IMG/VR virus record: IMGVR_UViG_3300035520_000158
Source: an uncultured virus (IMG/VR IMGVR_UViG_3300035520_000158)
Taxonomy: Duplodnaviria; Heunggongvirae; Uroviricota; Caudoviricetes; Crassvirales
Length of the DNA: 64,000 nt
Reading direction: 5' to 3' (one strand)
Under the pieces are notes generated by a model, which saw only the letters and a list, made by a program, of their open reading frames with translations, ran no database searches and was not told the DNA's origin. Made by a program: the position numbers and the translations under genes. Below, piece by piece: positions 28,655 through 39,548 of the stretch (position 1 is the first letter of the stretch; each line of letters opens with the position of its first letter).

Positions 28655-28700
28655 AATACCTAATTGAGAATACCTAATTACAAATACCTAATTGGGTATT
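28655..28700 (+). repeat. Three direct repeats of AATACCTAATT at 14-bp period
   Basis: Copies at 28655, 28669 and 28683; the last extends into a near-palindrome. Confidence 0.8.
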
Positions 28701-28917
28701 CTAATATATACATCTCTCCTCCTAAACCTTGAGGAGAAGTGATAATAGTATCACAAATTGCAACTCATTTGTTGCACTACTAATATATACAACACTCCTC
28801 CTAAACTTTGATAGAAAGGTTTTATAGGGTTCACAGTCCTATGAAATTAATGTTATTGCTGTGGGTTAAGCATAAACCATAAATGCTGAAGAGGTTGAAA
28901 GCACCAAATTTACAATT

Positions 28918-29208
28918 ATGATTACCGCTAATTGGAGTCTCATTGAGTTCAAAAATTTGTTTGGTAAATTTTATGTGCATCCGTTTACCTCAAAGTCAAC
29001 TGGCGAGGTATTCCTTGCACCAGTGTGTAAGCATCCTACAACGGGTGCTATCACACTGCTGTCCTATTCCAAGAAATTGGGACAGCTTACTCGTGAGCAG
29101 TTAAATGCTCGCCATTCTGAGTTGCAAGTAATTCAGAATGATGAAGGCGCATACATTGTATGCAGCAAGAATGAGCTGCTTGCAGACTCAGAGGCTTGTG
29201 ATTTCTAA
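28918..29208 (+). CDS. Early hypothetical protein
   Basis: 96 aa, visibly GC-richer than its neighbours. Strong terminator at 29222-29260. Confidence 0.7.
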   Translation: MITANWSLIEFKNLFGKFYVHPFTSKSTGEVFLAPVCKHPTTGAITLLSYSKKLGQLTREQLNARHSELQVIQNDEGAYIVCSKNELLADSEACDF

Positions 29209-29387
29209 TCACAATCCTCACAGAACTTTGGGATGCTTAATGCATCCTAAAGTTCTTTTTATATAATGTGTGGAGTAGAAATACTACACACATTATATAA
29301 AATCTTTTTATAAATTGAATTAGTTAAACTAGTCTTTTATAAATAGCTATTTTTACTGACAACAAACAACAACTAAAAACAAAAACA

Positions 29388-29870
29388 ATGTACAAAACCA
29401 TTTTAATTACGCCTCACTACATTACTGAAAATGTAATTAGTTTAGTGGCTCCTAAAAACATCATTGTAGTAAAACAACTGCAAAATAGTCAATATTCAAT
29501 CTCTATAAAAGGGTTTGATGATGAGGAATTTAGCTGCATTGCTAAAAACCTTCAAGATTATGGACACATCAGTTATTATAATGATAAGGAATTTGTCATT
29601 ACTGATTCTAACATCATTATAACTGTTGAAGAAGAAGTTGTTTCTAAAGCAATTACTCTTGAAAGAGTAACAGTAATTAGAAAACATCTGGAACGTTGTT
29701 CTACAAGATATTCCATTAGGAAGGTAATACCTTCCAATTACATTATGGATTCTACAGACTATGTAGATACATACTACAAACCTAAAGATGTAGATGTAGT
29801 TCCAGAAGTCAAAACAGATTTTGATTGGGATGCTTATGAAGCAGCTCAAAAATCTGAGAGCAACAACTAA
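29388..29870 (+). CDS. Hypothetical protein
   Basis: 160-aa ORF followed by a hairpin at 29876-29901. Confidence 0.6.
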   Translation: MYKTILITPHYITENVISLVAPKNIIVVKQLQNSQYSISIKGFDDEEFSCIAKNLQDYGHISYYNDKEFVITDSNIIITVEEEVVSKAITLERVTVIRKHLERCSTRYSIRKVIPSNYIMDSTDYVDTYYKPKDVDVVPEVKTDFDWDAYEAAQKSESNN

Positions 29871-29927
29871 CAATAATTGGGAGAGCTAACAACTCTCCCA
29901 ATATTCAACAATAACAATTAATAAGTT

Positions 29928-32900
29928 ATGATAATGAAAACATTTGAATTAGTCATTGATGAAGTGATAACACCTTGTACAAATTATATAATTTCAACAG
30001 ATATTTATAACAGACATCAAGCTATGAGTCTTGAACATATTCAAAAAGTAATAGATGATATTTGTGGTAAGGTTTATGATACAGAGTTTATTAAATGCAT
30101 TATTGAACAATGCGAGCAACAAACTATATATCAAAATGTAAATGCATTACACACTATTATCTACAAATTGAATTTAGAAAAGAAATGCTTCAACATTACT
30201 TTTGGCAAAAAGTCTAAGCAATTAGTCTGGAAGGAAATTAAATAATGTACACTGTTATCTACAAGAAAAAAGCTGGTTACTATAATCAGTCTTTTTCTAC
30301 TTCCCATATATATAAAACTAAACTATTAAATATGTTATACAACATAATATTTACATATAAAGCAAAATAATTATGAAAGCAAAACTTATACTTACGTTTT
30401 TATTAGTATTTATTACATTATTTACTATTAAAGTAATGGTAGATTCTAATGATAGAAAAGATACACAAATTGCAGCACTAAAAGCTTGCCTCAATCTTTG
30501 TATTAATGATAACGAAGTTTACTTCTATAATGTACTATGTGAAACAGAGGAATGGGAAACTCTTCAAGCTGTATGTCCCATATATAAGAATGATACAACA
30601 ACAGTGAAAACTGTTGCTATTGATCCTTTAACAGGTGAATGGAATGAGTGCGAATAAGCAATATATTATAACCTATCAGAAAAAGGCTGGCTATTGTAGT
30701 CAGTCTTTTTCTACTAATTGTGTAGATCCAATTAAACTAATGCAAATGATGTATTGGTATTACACAATAGTTATAACATATAACAACAAGGTTATATTTT
30801 CATATAAAGCAGATTAAAATTATGGAAACAAACAACTACAATACTGCAGTTAAACTTATTCAAGAGTTTAACAAAATGCCTATTGATTACAAAAACAGTA
30901 ATGGCAGAGTGTATCCTACATTCTTTACAACTACTGAACTCTTGCTTAGAGTAGCTAACAAATTATCTGATGATAATAGCTTAAATAAGAATATGAGAGA
31001 TTTAGTAGCTGAAAAATCTTGTCTTACAGAATTAGGTTTTTCTAAGATGTGTACATTCTTCAATAAACAAACTGAAGAAGCAGTGATAGTATTAGGACTC
31101 TAAATAATAAATTAAATTTAAAACTATGAAAGAGAAAATTATTAAAGCATTTAAATTGTACCCTTCTGACATTATTATTATTGTAACAATTGTCATTGTA
31201 TTTATCTTTGGAAGCATTTACGGTAAAAAGATTTCAGATAATAATTATAAAGAGGAATGTATTGAATATGAAGAAAGATGTGTAATCCTTGGTTCTTATA
31301 TTGAAGTTCTTGAAGACATCATTGACCAGCAAGATATTGATTTATCAAATGATGAAGAATACATTGAATACAAGAATCTTGTAGATAGTATTTGTGCATT
31401 CTAGGACTAAATTACCTAATAAAGTGATACACTAAACTATACATTTAGTGTGTCACTTGCCTTAATTATTACAATAACCAAATTATTAACTACCTAAAAA
31501 CAATTAACATGAAAACTTATCACAAAGAAAATTGTGATTGCCTTATTAGAAAGGTGATTACAGACAAATACAATAGAACTGTTGTATTAGCAGGACAACA
31601 CGCTTTTGAATGGTCTATTACAATTATTGCATTTTCAGTTTCTTATACTACAATGTATAAAAATGGTGAAGAAGCTAGAAAAGCATTTTCTAAATTTAAA
31701 AAGAAAAGATAACCAAGTCTTTAGTTAGGTTAAGGTAAAAAACTATTTATAAACAATATTTATAAATTAGGGTTCGATTCCCTAAAAGGCTACTAGTAAA
31801 GATGATATTTGTGTGTGTTTTTGTTATTATAATTGTTTTTGGTTATCGAGTTTCAAATTTTCCTATGGTTTGCACTAATATGCAAATACAGGTATTAGGT
31901 TCGTGAGAATATAATACCTTTTACTTTAAAATACTAACAATTAAAATAAAAATATACTACAATGAATAAAATCTTTGATATTGTTGTAACAATAATTATG
32001 TTCCTCAATGCTATCTTAGCTGTAATTCTTATTACTCTAAAGGAGCAGGGATATACTGAGGAAAATCTTTATTTGTTAAGAGGTAGTTATACCAAATATG
32101 CTATTTGTGGATTTTTATTTATGTGCATCGTAATTTACGAAGTATATAAGTTTGCAAAGAAATCTGAAAATTAAAATAATTAGACATGAAAAATAATAGT
32201 GCCAATTATTTCCCTGAATCTACTCCAATACCTTTTGCTACAAATAGTAAAAAGTATTTGAGTGGTCAAGTAGGAAATAAGAATAACAAAGCTGCAGTTA
32301 ATACAGTAGAAACTAAAGAAAATAACTCAAAACATTACTACTAATGGTAAATGCTAAGAAAGAATTACAGATATATCTTAATACTATGCGATTAAATATT
32401 ATTGGAGCTAATGTTACATTAGCTGATAATAGTGTAGATTTAAGATTTGAAGATGAAGATTCATTTCTAGATAAACTAGATTTTGAATATGATAATAATT
32501 CTAAAGAACCTTATATTAGAGGTATAGTCTTTTGTGTAGATAATAATGGTGATCCAGTATGGCTTACAAGAGTATCTTATGGACCATTGATGATGTGGGA
32601 AAACAATAGTTTACCGGCATTTTATCTTAGTACATCAGATACAGATGAAAATAAAATTAGGGATAGGAGAATTGCAGAATTGAAGTATATTAGAGCTAAA
32701 TATGGTGACAGAACTCTTATTAAAGGTTATTGAACATAGTGTAGAATTTGAGATAACAACAATTAATAATACTGAAGAAATGAGTTTGGATTTATATTTT
32801 CTTGAGCACAAAAATGATGAAGAAGAGATTTACTCTGCTAACATTACTCATAATTGTGCTAAACACGCTAAAGCTGCAGGTATTTATGAATGCCTGTGGA

Positions 32901-33426
32901 GAGTAAAAGAATATACTAAAGCTAAGGAATTAATTGAACCTTTAACAGAAGGATTACAAAAGCTTATTAATGACCCTATGTATTATAGGCAATTTGATAA
33001 TCCTAATGGATGGGGTAAATATGACCATTTCTTAGTTTTTGTAATTAATGTACTTAATGCTTGTAGACTACATCCTGAAAGTTATGTAATTGCAAGTGTA
33101 TAATAACAATTACGCTTATGAGTATGGTAAAAGAAATTTTAGCAGATTATGCTAGAACTATTAACAAAATGTCTATCTTACAAGATAGAATTAAACAACT
33201 AGAGTTACTATTTATTAAAGAAATGCCTTTTAAAGTAGGAGATATGGTAACTTTTAATACTGATGTTGATCCTGTTACTACTCCTGTAGAAATTGGTAAA
33301 ATAGAATTATTATCTAGTACAGGTATGCTCTTTATCACTTATTTAGAAGATAAAGAATCTAAATCTAGGATTATATATCCTGAACAAATTCAGATAGCAT
33401 CTGATTATAAGAATGAAGAAGTTTAA
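29928..33426 (+). other. Block of small early hypothetical genes (29928, 30245, 30373, 30644, 30822, 31126, 31509, 31962, 32344, 32780, 33118)
   Basis: Co-oriented short ORFs, several with N-terminal TM helices. No recognisable domains. Confidence 0.55.
31716..31792 (+). ncRNA. tRNA-like RNA without a canonical anticodon arm
   Basis: Acceptor AGTCTTT/AAAGGCT, D-like arm AGTT..AACT, 9-bp arm ATTTATAAA-CAATA-TTTATAAAT, T arm TAGGG-TTCGATT-CCCTA. Confidence 0.55.
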
Positions 33427-33521
33427 ATTTACAAGTATCATTGTTATAAGAACACTAATAGTTGCTTTATCAATAGTAGCTATTAGTGTTTTTATAGCAC
33501 TATTAACACTATGTTTATATT

Positions 33522-33767
33522 ATGGATAATAAAGATTCTAATGTTATTTGGATTGCTAGAGATAAAGATAATTCTTTATTTATATATAGTGGCAAACCTA
33601 AAAAAGACTTAAAGGATAATAGATTTATTGCAGATGTATCTAATGAAACTATAAAGACATATACATCTAAAGGTACATTCTATAATAATATAGCAAAATT
33701 ACCAGATACTATGTATCCAGAAGTAACATGGGAGAACTCTCCTATAGAACTTACAATAAACTTATAA
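33522..33767 (+). CDS. WIARDK-family small protein, copy 1
   Basis: VIWIARDKD...YPEVTWENSP. Confidence 0.65.
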   Translation: MDNKDSNVIWIARDKDNSLFIYSGKPKKDLKDNRFIADVSNETIKTYTSKGTFYNNIAKLPDTMYPEVTWENSPIELTINL

Positions 33768-33799
33768 TAATTAAAATTATAGTAATAAATATTTTTAAG

Positions 33800-34228
33800 A
33801 TGTTCTATATAATAGAAATTGACTATTCTATGAATGGTTATTATAAAAGAGCTATCCTTTTAGATTCATTAGAAGATAAGGAGATAGCACAAGAAAAACT
33901 CAAATCATATAAAGAATACACTGGACCTCACTTCACAATTCTATTAGAATTAAATGAAAACCATAATACCAAAATTAGTACAATGTTATTTGGGAAATAT
34001 AAAGGAATGCATATATCTTTAATTCCTACTAATTATCTTATATGGTTATATGTAGAAAATATTCTTACTAATGATAGTATAAAAGCAGTATTATTAGATA
34101 GAGCTAAATCTACAAAAAAGGAAATAGATTTGCATAATCAAATAGTGAGAAAACTAGCACAAGAAAAAGAGGCTAGAGAGAAACAAGAAATAGAGTATTA
34201 TAAAACTCATAGATTTGAGTTAATGTAA
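33800..34228 (+). CDS. Protein with DUF3820-like motif
   Basis: MLFGKYKGMHISLIPTNYLIW. Likely start at 33800. Confidence 0.55.
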   Translation: MFYIIEIDYSMNGYYKRAILLDSLEDKEIAQEKLKSYKEYTGPHFTILLELNENHNTKISTMLFGKYKGMHISLIPTNYLIWLYVENILTNDSIKAVLLDRAKSTKKEIDLHNQIVRKLAQEKEAREKQEIEYYKTHRFELM

Positions 34229-34260
34229 ATTTATAGATAAGTAAATAACAACTATAGAAG

Positions 34261-34473
34261 ATGAAAGTAATATGGATAGCTAGAGACAAAGATAGAAGAC
34301 TTTATGTATATGCAAGTAAACCTCTTAGAAAAGATACTATATTTAGTAGTGATCCAACCTCTGATGTATACTTTGATGATAATGTTTCTGAAAAACATAT
34401 TCCAGATGACTTCTATCCAGATTTAACTTGGGAAAACTCTCCTATAAAATTAATATTAAATTTACCAAAATGA
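34261..34473 (+). CDS. WIARDK-family small protein, copy 2
   Basis: MKVIWIARDKD...YPDLTWENSP. Confidence 0.65.
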   Translation: MKVIWIARDKDRRLYVYASKPLRKDTIFSSDPTSDVYFDDNVSEKHIPDDFYPDLTWENSPIKLILNLPK

Positions 34474-34709
34474 AAGTAATATGGATTGCAAGAGATAAAA
34501 ATGGGGAATTATTCATTTATACTGCTAAACCTGTTAGAAGAGCTGAAAAGTTTAAGTATAAAGATTATTATCAGGATACATTTGATGCTATAAATGAATA
34601 TGAAGATCCAGGTTATCCTTGGACAAAATTACCTAAGAATTTTTATCCTGAAGTAACTTGGAAAAATTCACCAAAAAAACTTATAATTGATAATAAAGAT
34701 GAGAACTAA
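34470..34709 (+). CDS. WIARDK-family small protein, copy 3
   Basis: MKVIWIARDKN...YPEVTWKNSP. Confidence 0.65.
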   Translation: MKVIWIARDKNGELFIYTAKPVRRAEKFKYKDYYQDTFDAINEYEDPGYPWTKLPKNFYPEVTWKNSPKKLIIDNKDEN

Positions 34710-34983
34710 AGAAGAAATATTGACAGAGTTTAAAGCTTTACAACATCAAGTTTGGGAAGCAGATGCTAAAATGAAAAAGCTTTCTGATGAATATTGTGAA
34801 GCTTGTAATATTAAAGTTGGTGATACTGTAGCCACTGATGATATTATAGGTATTAAATGGGATTACATAGTAGTACATAAAGTATCTATGTGTAGTGATG
34901 GTAATCTACTTATTCAAGGTAGACATATTTCTACACCTGTAACTACTGTTGTAGCTCCTAATGGTTTTAAAAAATTAAAATGA
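34687..34983 (+). CDS. Hypothetical protein
   Basis: Coiled coil followed by an SH3-like KVGD segment; resembles 33118..33426. Confidence 0.55.
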   Translation: MIIKMRTKEEILTEFKALQHQVWEADAKMKKLSDEYCEACNIKVGDTVATDDIIGIKWDYIVVHKVSMCSDGNLLIQGRHISTPVTTVVAPNGFKKLK

Positions 34984-34993
34984 TAAAACTAAT

Positions 34994-35545
34994 ATGAAAT
35001 ATTATAAAATCTTATTTGCAGATCTTGATGGTACACTTATTAAAACAATGAGTGAAGATACTTTTCCTCATGGTATTTGGGATATGGAATTTAGATATGA
35101 TGTTATTAATGCTATTAGAGTATTAGCACCAAAAGCGTTATTTATTGTATCTAATCAAGGAGGTATTGAAAAAGGATTAGTTGATAGAGTCGATTTTGAA
35201 ATAAAATTCAAATATATTCTTGCCTCTATTAATGAATATACAAAAGTATTTATAGTAGATGGTCTTTATACTCCTGCAAATGATGAAGATAATCCTTATA
35301 GAAAGCCAAATACTGGACTGTTATCTACAATTCTTAATAGATATAAGTATAAACTATTTGTGGATAATATAATAAATGATATAGATAAAGATAAATCTGA
35401 ATATCTAATGATTGGTGATGCTTCTGGCAAAGAAGGACAATTCTCAGATAGCGATAAAAAGACTGCTGAAAATTTCGGCATTGACTATATGGATGTAGAT
35501 GAATTTGTTCTTAATGTCATTGCAGGTGTTGAAAAAGGAAAATAA
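34994..35545 (+). CDS. HAD-family phosphatase (polynucleotide 3'-phosphatase-like)
   Basis: DLDGT, SNQGG, RKPNTG, IGDASG, SDSD motifs. Confidence 0.85.
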   Translation: MKYYKILFADLDGTLIKTMSEDTFPHGIWDMEFRYDVINAIRVLAPKALFIVSNQGGIEKGLVDRVDFEIKFKYILASINEYTKVFIVDGLYTPANDEDNPYRKPNTGLLSTILNRYKYKLFVDNIINDIDKDKSEYLMIGDASGKEGQFSDSDKKTAENFGIDYMDVDEFVLNVIAGVEKGK

Positions 35546-35682
35546 AGGTAATAAATAAAATATTACATACAATGAATGTACTTAGAATATTATTACTATT
35601 ACTTATTGTAATAGTAATAATGTGTTATAGAAAAGATGATAACGAAGAAAACTATTAAAACAATTAAAATAACTAAGACAAC

Positions 35683-38309
35683 ATGAATATTAGAGAATAC
35701 ATTGAGTATGTTACTTTAGAAGAGGGTCAACTACTCAAAAAACTAGAATACAATGATGAACTATCAAGGTATTATGATGAAACTACTGATATTGTTATTG
35801 CTGACAATATTATAGAATCTCCAAAGGATATGGATATTATTCCTGCTCCTACTCTCAATGAAGCTAAAGATTGGCTTCTGTATAAGCATAATATTTATTG
35901 TAATGTCCATCCTTTTAGACTTAGATCTTCAAACGAAGTAATGTGGACTTTTGAAATATTTAATGTAGATGATGCAAAACCTGTATTTCTGTATAATAGC
36001 AGTAATTATGGCTATAATACATATCATAAAGCATTACATATTGCTATTGAAAATGCATTACAATATTTATTAGATTCATCTCCACAATAAATTAATAATG
36101 TTATACTAAAATTGTAATTAAATTACAATATGAAAGAGTTAATTAAAAAGTTAGTAAAAAGAGTAATAACTTTTCTAGTTAAAGCTAAATATGTGTTTAA
36201 GTATTTGTATGAAAATATTACAGATACTATGGAAATATATATTAGAGAAGCTGGAATAGTTTCTTATGACAATGCTATAGCTTTAAAAAATGTAGGGTTT
36301 TCTATTAAAACTTACTATTTCTATAGACCTAAGAAAGAGAAAGAATATCTACCTGAACATTATTATGGTGCTTATTATAAAGCTAACTATAATAAGTTTG
36401 GATGTAGAATCTCGGCTCCTACATATTTTGAAGTAATAAGCTTCTTTAGTAAGCACAATATCTCAATTGAGATTATTCAAGCTTATAATAATATTCATGC
36501 AGGATATAGCTATGCTTATAAAGTACAATTTATAGATAAAATCTTACAACAATCTACAGATTTAATCTTTAATGATGGCTATAATTCTTATGAAGAAGCT
36601 TTTGAAAAATGTATTGCAGGAGCTATAAATATGTACAAAAACCATTACCAATAATTGATTATGGATAATCTTACACTGTTTCAATTATACTGGATAAATA
36701 GAATGGATAATTTACATATTACTTGTATAATTCTTATTCCTTTCTGTATAACTATTTATTATCTTTCATTTTTATATCAAGAAATGAGAGATAAAGAAGA
36801 CAACACAGATTTAAGAATTTTAAGAATTATTATGGTAATAGTATTTGTACTTTCAATTTTATTTAAGATATTTGCACCAACCTCAAAAGAATTGGAAATA
36901 TTATGGATAAGTTAAATTAAAGCCTTAAACATAATAGATATAAGTAATATGAAAGATTTAAAAGGTCAAACAAGAGTTACTCTTCATGAAGCAGAACTTT
37001 TGAAACAATTTGGATATAGTAAACAATTTAATGCTTATTATAATTTTGAGAAAAAACTTACTATTTTATCTGATAATATAGAGTTAATGGATTTAAGAGA
37101 AGATGAGTATCCTGCTCCAAAATTAGATGATGTAATTGAATGGTTACTATTTACTTTCAATATTCATTGTGATATAGCATTAGATCTTACACTTGATATG
37201 TATACTTGTGAAGTATATAATATTAAGGATTATTCATATCTTGATAAAGAAGATGAAGAAGAAGATCCTGAAGTATTTAATACTTATAATAAAGCAGTTC
37301 ATAATGCAATATCAGAAGCATTTAAATTGTTAAAAACTAATTAATTATGGCAACATTAGTAGAAAATTCTAAGAATTTCAAAGTATTAAAGATGTCATAT
37401 TCAGAATGCAGGTCACTTAATTGGGGCATTTCTAATGGTATTATATGTGCATCCTGTAATGGTATTATTAATAAAGATGAAATTCATTATGTTTGTGTAC
37501 TTCATGATACTTTATGTAAATCATGTTATAAAGAATGGTTAAAAGGAGCTAAAAATTATCCTGAAGATAGAGAATACGAAGATAAAATCTATGATAATGT
37601 TACAGAAGAACTAGAAAAACTTTATTATATTTAACCAATAAATAAACTAACAATAAACTAACAATGAGTGAAATTAAAATCTCAGTTACTATTGCAATCA
37701 ATGGTGCTGTACCAATGAAAAAAGAAGACTATGTTAAAACTGTAAAAAAGGAAATTGTAGTACATGGTGTCAAGAAAATTATTAATAAGAAAGTTGATAA
37801 TTATGACAACATGGAGGCATCTTCATTTACACTATTTGACAAAGTAGCTAAGAAAGTAGAAAATTATACTGTATATGTAAGAAAGTATCAAAAAGCTCAT
37901 CAGGTAATTAATCTACCTCCAGAAGCTTATAGATTCATGACTTCATCAGAATGTCCTACATGGGAAAAGAAAAAGGATTGGATGAGAATGAGTAAACATA
38001 ATAAGCTTATGAGTCATCTTAAAGAGCTTGCAGAGTCTTTTAATGGTACTCTTGAAGCATACACAGTATTTGATGATTAATCAATATTAGATATTGATAT
38101 AATAACAAATGATAGCTGTTCTAATACTACTGATTATCGTAATCGTTGTTTTATATCTCTACTATGAACCTACAATAGACTTTACTTTTATTAATGAAAA
38201 TGATAAAAATTCAAAAATAAAAGTAACTCTCTATTATACAGTTTGTAGTAGAGATAAATACGATTCACCGGTTTTTGAAAGACACTCTAAACTACTATTT
38301 ACATTTTAA
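35683..38309 (+). other. Small hypothetical genes (35683, 36130, 36655, 36949, 37347, 37664, 38109)
   Basis: Co-oriented ORFs. 35683, 36130 and 36949 are paralogs; 37347 has CxxC...CxxC. Confidence 0.55.
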
Positions 38310-38339
38310 ACTTGATTAAAATTACAAAAATCTACAAAA

Positions 38340-39548
38340 ATGACTAGAGAAGAAATAGCTGCACTCGCTATAAAAGAAATTGATAATTGCAAATGTCTTA
38401 TTACAGAACTAACTACAGGATTCGGAAAAACAAAATTAGCTATTGATTTAACTAATCATATTTGTGATAAAGTATTTAAAAATGATAAATGCCAAACTGC
38501 AATTCTCATATTAGTAGCTAAAAGAGTACACAAGAAAACTTGGTTAGATGAAATTAATAAATGGGGAGGTATTAAATCAGACCTTATTACTATAGATTGC
38601 TATGAATCTCTTAGAAAACATGAAAATAAATTCTATGATATAGTAATAGCTGATGAAGCTCACCATTTAAATAGTGATGTAAGAAGAAGTATTCTTAACA
38701 CTATAGGATTTGATCATTTATTATGTCTTAGTGCTACAATGCCTTCAGATTTAAAATGGTATCTTAAAGGTGCATATAGAACTAAACTTATTAGATGTTC
38801 ACTACAGGAAGCTATCAATGATGATGTACTTCCTTCTCCAAGAATTATTACAATACCTTTAAATCTTGATTCTAAACACATTACAGAAACTATTGTAAAA
38901 AATTCTAAAGGTACAATGACAATAACTGTTCCTTATAGTAAAAGATGGAATTATCTTAGAGATAAACATAATAGAATTAAGATTATATGTACTGAAAAAG
39001 AATTTTATGAAGATTTAGAATCTCAAATAGCTTATTGGAAAAGAAAAACTATGTCTACTAATAATCAAATTTTTAGAAATAAATGGATGAGATTATGCAC
39101 AGATAGACTTAAATGGTTAAGCACTAAGAAGAATGAATTTCTTAAAAGTTTACTTGAAAAATTACAAAATGAAAGAGTTGTAACTTTCTGCAGTTCTATT
39201 GAACAAACTAATGAATTGTCTAATTATGGAGTAAATAGTAAAAATACTAGTTCTCTTAATTATGTTGATGACTTCAATGAAGGTAAAATTAATCATATTA
39301 CATCATGTAATATCCTTAATGAAGGTGTCAATTTAGTTAATTGTAGAATTGGTATTTATGCTAATCTTAATGCTTCAGAAATTATTACAAGACAAAGAAT
39401 GGGTAGACTTCTTAGACATACTGATCCTATAGTTATTATTCCTTATTATAAAGGAACAAGAGAAGAAGAATTATTGGATAAGATGCTTGGAGAATATGAT
39501 AAAACTTTAATAACCAAACTAAATAGTATTGAAGAATTAGCATTATGA
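38340..39548 (+). CDS. SF2 DEAH helicase
   Basis: TTGFGKT, DEAH, SAT, QRMGRLLR. Confidence 0.9.
   Translation: MTREEIAALAIKEIDNCKCLITELTTGFGKTKLAIDLTNHICDKVFKNDKCQTAILILVAKRVHKKTWLDEINKWGGIKSDLITIDCYESLRKHENKFYDIVIADEAHHLNSDVRRSILNTIGFDHLLCLSATMPSDLKWYLKGAYRTKLIRCSLQEAINDDVLPSPRIITIPLNLDSKHITETIVKNSKGTMTITVPYSKRWNYLRDKHNRIKIICTEKEFYEDLESQIAYWKRKTMSTNNQIFRNKWMRLCTDRLKWLSTKKNEFLKSLLEKLQNERVVTFCSSIEQTNELSNYGVNSKNTSSLNYVDDFNEGKINHITSCNILNEGVNLVNCRIGIYANLNASEIITRQRMGRLLRHTDPIVIIPYYKGTREEELLDKMLGEYDKTLITKLNSIEELAL

Larger units (their letters stand above)
27484..28812 (+). repeat. Six dispersed copies of a ~32-bp motif (TAATATnTAnA-N10-TAnnnyTTGA)
   Basis: Copies start at 27484, 27869, 28295, 28614 (degenerate), 28702 and 28781. 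Confidence 0.75.

Noticed and set aside
27484..28812. CRISPR array or integron attC sites
   Set aside because: Repeats are degenerate, irregularly spaced and non-palindromic; no cas or integrase gene is in the window.
28860..28910. Hammerhead ribozyme (CTGAAGA...GAAA)
   Set aside because: No stem II between the cores and no valid UH cleavage site with stems I and III.
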